DNA from: an uncultured delta proteobacterium
Lineage (GTDB): Bacteria; Desulfobacterota; Binatia; Binatales; Binataceae
Direction: 5' to 3'
Length of the DNA stretch: 64,000 nt
Assembly (NCBI GenBank): GCA_963808235.1
Contig: CAWEEQ010000004.1
Span: forward strand, 3,040,001 to 3,104,000
The notes beneath the pieces are model-generated. The model saw nothing but the letters and a program-made list of their open reading frames with translations. It was not told the origin of the DNA and did not search any database. Of this stretch, positions 62,229 through 64,000 are shown piece after piece. Within the stretch, counting starts at the first letter, position 1. Every line of letters starts with the position of its first letter. Both the position numbers and the translations under genes were made by a program.

Positions 62229-62999
62229 GTGAACTGCGACGACGCAAGGCTTTTGCTGCACGGCCATATCGACGGCGAACTCGATCTCGCACACGACCTC
62301 GAACTCGAGCGGCATCTCGAGGAGTGCCCGCGATGCGCGCGCGAGTTCGCGTCTCTGCGCGCGATGCGCTCGCGGCTCAGGGACGAGGCCTTTCACTTCG
62401 AGGCGCCCGCCGAACTGAAGGAAAAGATTCTCCGCGCGCTTCCCTCGGCTCCGCGTCGGGCAAGCGGCTATCCTTCGCGACGCAGCGCCTTTATTCCGCG
62501 TGCGATCCGGTTCGCAATCCCGGTCGCGATTGGCGCCGTTCTGACCCTGTTCATCGTGCCGCGCTCGATTCGTCCCGCTGGAAACGAAATCGTCGCGCGC
62601 GAAGTTGTCGCGAGCCACGTGCGCTCAATGATGGGCGCGCATCTGATGGATGTCGTCTCGACCGATCAGCACACCGTCAAGCCGTGGTTCAACGGCAAGC
62701 TCGATTTCTCGCCACCCGTGACGGATTTCGCGAAGCAGGGTTTCCCGCTCGTCGGCGGACGTCTCGACTATATCGACAGTCGGCCCGTTGCGGCCCTCGT
62801 GTACCAGCACGGCAAGCATGTGATCAACGTCTTCATGTGGCCGAGTACACGCGCCACGACCAGTGCCGAGAGAATCGAGCCCGAGCAGGGTTATAACGTA
62901 GAGCAGATGATGGTCGCGGGAATGAATTGCTGGGTCGTGTCGGATTTGAATGCGGCGGAACTGAAAGCATTCGCCGAACTGATCCGCGCGCACGGATGA
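62229..62999 (+). CDS. Zinc-binding (ZAS) transmembrane anti-sigma factor
   Basis: HLEECPRC, one TM, STDQHTVKPWFNGKLD, GGRLDY. Confidence 0.92.
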   Translation: MNCDDARLLLHGHIDGELDLAHDLELERHLEECPRCAREFASLRAMRSRLRDEAFHFEAPAELKEKILRALPSAPRRASGYPSRRSAFIPRAIRFAIPVAIGAVLTLFIVPRSIRPAGNEIVAREVVASHVRSMMGAHLMDVVSTDQHTVKPWFNGKLDFSPPVTDFAKQGFPLVGGRLDYIDSRPVAALVYQHGKHVINVFMWPSTRATTSAERIEPEQGYNVEQMMVAGMNCWVVSDLNAAELKAFAELIRAHG

Positions 63000-63003
63000 A
63001 GAA

Positions 63004-63625
63004 TCAGAAATCCCGCGCGCGCAACAAGCGCACGCCGAACATCAGGCGCTGCCCGCCAGTCGCGACCTCCAGCGCTGCCATCGCATAGCAGAGTAGCGGT
63101 CCGAGCGGTCGCGTAATCGCGCCGGCCTCGACAATCGCGAGCACGGCGAAGAAGATGATCGCCTCGGTTCGTTCCAGAATTCCCGGCGGATAGTCGATGA
63201 GCTTCGGCCCGCGGCGCTCGAGCGCGGCGCCAACCGCAAGAAAGACGGTAATGTTCACGTACCAACTCGCGACCAGCAGCAGAGCCGGAAAGTATAGCGC
63301 TGGGTCGCGCCATGCGATGCCGACGATCACAAATGCCTCGACTACGCGATCGGCGCTCAGGTCGAGCACTCCGCCCAAGGCGCTCGGCGCCGCGCATTCG
63401 CGCGCGATCGTGCCGTCAAGCGCGTCGAGTCCGGCGCTCAACAGGAGAGCAGTCAGCCCGAGCATCACGTCGGAGCGCGCGAACGCAACGCCCGCGACGA
63501 CACCCGCAAGCATCGCGCACACGGTTGCGACGTTCGCGCCGATCCCATAGCCGAAACAGCGCACGCGCGCATCGCGACTGTAAGCGAAGAATATCCGGGT
63601 TCGCGCCTAGGATCGAATCAAGCAT
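63004..63625 (-). CDS. CDP-alcohol phosphatidyltransferase family protein (frameshift near 63565)
   Basis: DALDGTIAR...GGVLDLSADR signature; ATG at 63625 with SD GAGG. Confidence 0.85.
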
Positions 63626-63771
63626 CCGTCCTCTATTCGATCCGAGGAAAAGGTAACGGAAATGACAGATCGGGGTTGTGTTGCTCCATCTGTAATTGGA
63701 CAATCTTCATAAGCGGACCAACGTTTCCAAACATCAGCCGCAATCGCAAGCACGTCCGGTCCGGTCAGATC

Positions 63772-64000
63772 TTGGCTAATCGAATCCTTCGCAAACAAAT
63801 CGCCGTGGCTTTCGTGATCTTGATCGCCGCCGCCGCGCGCACCGCGCTTGCAGCCTCGATCAGCTTTCCGCCGACCAATTTCAAAATCGTGGCCCCCGAC
63901 ACCGGTCTGACGATCGGGCAAAGCCGCTACAGTATCGAAGGCGTCGCCGACGGGGCGATACTGCACGGAACATCGCACTTTAACGACGGCCAGTCAGACG
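63772..64000 (+). CDS. Secreted hypothetical protein, partial
   Basis: My translation: MANRILRKQIAVAFVILIAAAARTALA-ASISFPPTNFKIVAPDTG..., open to the window end. Confidence 0.6.
   Translation, partial: MANRILRKQIAVAFVILIAAAARTALAASISFPPTNFKIVAPDTGLTIGQSRYSIEGVADGAILHGTSHFNDGQSD

Overview
GC-rich bacterial chromosomal segment. The gene order (xerC-hslVU-argBDFGH-lipoprotein-lysA-dapF-dapA) is deltaproteobacteria-like. A DUF1329 gene, an LLM oxidoreductase and an 'MKLRHAAAL..GWYLMAPP' small protein suggest Candidatus Binatota/Binatus; this is inference from recalled families, not a database result. The window carries core biosynthetic genes (hisHF, ribH, ilvA-like, arg/lys cluster, glmU, glmS, etfAB) interleaved with accessory modules. 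Many genes between ~2.5 and 20.5 kb, including essential ones, carry single-base frameshifts that are most likely long-read assembly errors. No rRNA, tRNA, CRISPR array, transposase or phage structural gene was recognised. Best leads: (1) a complete glmS ribozyme upstream of glmS in a diderm-type lineage; (2) an ABC-F gene with a uORF plus anti-Shine-Dalgarno hairpin, a candidate antibiotic-inducible translational attenuator; (3) an ArsR-controlled operon pairing a BNR beta-propeller with an orphan GG-terminated ubiquitin-like protein; (4) an ECF/anti-sigma-controlled periplasmic metallophosphoesterase-cupredoxin-DUF2231-DUF420-channel operon; (5) an archaeal-type lumazine synthase.
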